46,171 nucleotides of DNA, taken from positions 1 to 46,171 of the forward strand of contig JAUIBJ010000001.1 of assembly GCA_030428025.1 (NCBI GenBank), in the 5' to 3' direction. Under the pieces are notes generated by a model. The model made no database searches. It was not told the DNA's origin and saw nothing but the letters and a program-made list of their open reading frames with translations. Made by a program: the position numbers and the translations under genes. Numbering within the stretch: position 1 is the first letter of the stretch; each line of letters begins with the position of its first letter. This stretch comes from Alphaproteobacteria bacterium (lineage in GTDB: Bacteria > Pseudomonadota > Alphaproteobacteria > Rhodobacterales > Rhodobacteraceae). Below, piece after piece: positions 44,874-46,171 of the stretch.

Positions 44874-45123
44874 CGATGGCTGGAAAGGCGAACACCTGAT
44901 CCGCGCACAACGCCAGGCTCTGCCGGCCGTCACCCCGCCGCGCCGCGTTGTCCCGGCCGACCGGGTCATGGCGGTACGCAACGCGGCCCTTGCCGGCATG
45001 AGCCGGGTCGAGGCGGCCGAGGTCCTGAACCTGCCCTATAACTCGGTGGTCTGGATCTGCCAGAAGCACGACATCAATTTCCCCGACGCCCGCCGCACGC
45101 GCCGGATCGAGGGGGGCGTGTGA
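44866..45123 (+). CDS. Small HTH protein
   Basis: GMSRVEAAEVLNLPYNSVVWICQKHDINF. Confidence 0.65.
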   Translation: MFDDGWKGEHLIRAQRQALPAVTPPRRVVPADRVMAVRNAALAGMSRVEAAEVLNLPYNSVVWICQKHDINFPDARRTRRIEGGV

Positions 45124-45353
45124 TGTGTACGTATCCGTCTCGGCCCAACGTCTTGGCGTTGCACCTTGCAGCCAATGCCCGGGAACGGGCGGCCCGGCGC
45201 AAGACCGAAGCGCTTCGCCGCGATGAGCGCAACCCGATCCTGCAGTACGTCAGGATCGAACGAAACGAACACGCAATCCTCCGCGACGGCCGCGTCCTGC
45301 GCGTCGTCGAACGGGAAAGCGTGATCCCCAAGATCGGAAAGGCGGGACTGTAA
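45120..45353 (+). CDS. Hypothetical protein
   Basis: Coupled to the upstream stop, GAGGGGG SD. Confidence 0.55.
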   Translation: MMCTYPSRPNVLALHLAANARERAARRKTEALRRDERNPILQYVRIERNEHAILRDGRVLRVVERESVIPKIGKAGL

Positions 45354-45502
45354 TGGTTTTGCAGACAATCGGTTATGCCCTGGTCATCCCGGCGATCATC
45401 GTGGCGGCGGTCCTGGCTGCCAGCGGGATCCAGATCGCCTATGTGAAGCTCTCGCACCGCTGCACCTGGCGCGAAGCGTTTCATATCTGGTGGCGGGAAT
45501 GA
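45353..45502 (+). CDS. 49-aa membrane protein (not in the ORF track)
   Basis: TAATG coupling; MVLQTIGYALVIPAIIVAAVLAASGIQIAYVKLSHRCTWREAFHIWWRE. Confidence 0.55.
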   Translation: MVLQTIGYALVIPAIIVAAVLAASGIQIAYVKLSHRCTWREAFHIWWRE

Positions 45503-45588
45503 GGGGTCCGTCCGAACCGGACAGCCTCGGACGCTCGGACGGACCAGCCGGGCAAGTTGGGTCAAGGTATTGTTTCAAAATGGAAAAC

Positions 45589-45634
45589 TGGTGCCCCCAG
45601 ACGGACTTGAACCGCCGACCCTCTGATTACAAAT
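45589..45634. repeat. Right att core (within the intact tRNA)
   Basis: Identical to 3877-3922. Confidence 0.97.
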
Positions 45635-45664
45635 CAGATGCTCTACCAGCTGAGCTATAGGGGC
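45589..45664 (-). tRNA. tRNA-Thr (anticodon TGT), 76 nt with encoded CCA
   Basis: GCCCCTATAGCTCAGCTGGTAGAGCATCTGATTTGTAATCAGAGGGTCGGCGGTTCAAGTCCGTCTGGGGGCACCA folds as a cloverleaf. Confidence 0.97.
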
Positions 45665-45707
45665 ACTTCATCGCACATAGACCGGGTGGCCTTTCGGTGC
45701 AAGTATG

Positions 45708-46171
45708 TCAGCGTTGGCGAGCACGAAGATTGGCGCGGGCGAGGAAGGCCACGGCTACAAGACCTACCAGCATCACCAGAAGCGCGGGCGGCGCGGCCTC
45801 GCCGATATTCTCAAGGCTCGCCTTCTCATGTGCCCTCGTGGCCAAAGTGTCGTAGTTGAAGGGACGCAGCAGCAGCGTAGCCGGCAGTTCCTTGACGCAA
45901 TCGACAAAGACCAGCAGGAGCGCGGTTCCGACAGAGCCCTTCATCAGCGGCAGATAGACCTCCGCAAGCGTGCCCCCCGCCGTCCGGCCCAGCGACCGTG
46001 CTGCCATGGGAAGCGAGGGCGAGATGCGCCCGAACGCCGCATCGGTCGCCCCCTGGGCGATTGCGAAGAAGCGCACGAAATAGGCAAACACGATGGCCGC
46101 GGCGGAACCGGTCAGGATCAGGCCGGGGTCATAACCGGTCAGCCACAGGATCGCATCGGCGACCCGGTGGT
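45708..46171 (-). CDS. Iron(III) ABC transporter permease (FbpB-like), 3' part
   Basis: EAA-like motif MAARSLG, LLVFVDCVKELPATLLLRPFNYDTLA. Frame continues beyond the window. Confidence 0.9.
   Translation of the reverse strand, partial: HRVADAILWLTGYDPGLILTGSAAAIVFAYFVRFFAIAQGATDAAFGRISPSLPMAARSLGRTAGGTLAEVYLPLMKGSVGTALLLVFVDCVKELPATLLLRPFNYDTLATRAHEKASLENIGEAAPPALLVMLVGLVAVAFLARANLRARQR

Larger units (their letters stand above)
3877..45634. mobile_element. Apparently intact temperate podovirus-like prophage (BPP-1/T7-like structural module) integrated in tRNA-Thr(TGT); predicted excised circle 41,712 bp
   Basis: Flanking 46-bp direct repeats, tyrosine integrase, CI/Cro, primase/helicase, terminase, portal, capsid, tail tubular proteins, internal virion proteins and lysis genes. 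No tape measure or sheath gene seen. Confidence 0.95.

Overview
High-GC alphaproteobacterial DNA (Rhodobacteraceae-like by gene style; an inference) carrying an apparently complete temperate prophage of about 41.7 kb, integrated in the 3' half of a tRNA-Thr(TGT) gene. The 46-bp direct repeats lie at 3877-3922 and 45589-45634. Host flanks are an ABC-F ATPase (partial), a CDP-glycerol glycerophosphotransferase and a sulfotransferase on the left, and an Fe3+ ABC permease (partial) on the right. The prophage has a CI/Cro switch with a short rightward operon (excisionase-like gene, tyrosine integrase, small genes) and one long leftward run. That run comprises early genes, Toprim primase, DHH phosphoesterase, helicase, a symmetric 12-iteron origin, terminase, a BPP-1/T7-like podovirus head-tail module, four internal virion proteins, three receptor-binding candidates and lysis genes. 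The most notable observation is the 1241-aa internal virion protein (tail lysozyme, ddrB-like ParB and RelA/SpoT-like synthetase domains). Directly after the synthetase domain it contains a fully nested antisense 86-aa ORF with its own sigma70-like promoter and Shine-Dalgarno, a candidate virion-delivered toxin with a hidden immunity gene. All product calls come from motif reading and gene order, not database searches.
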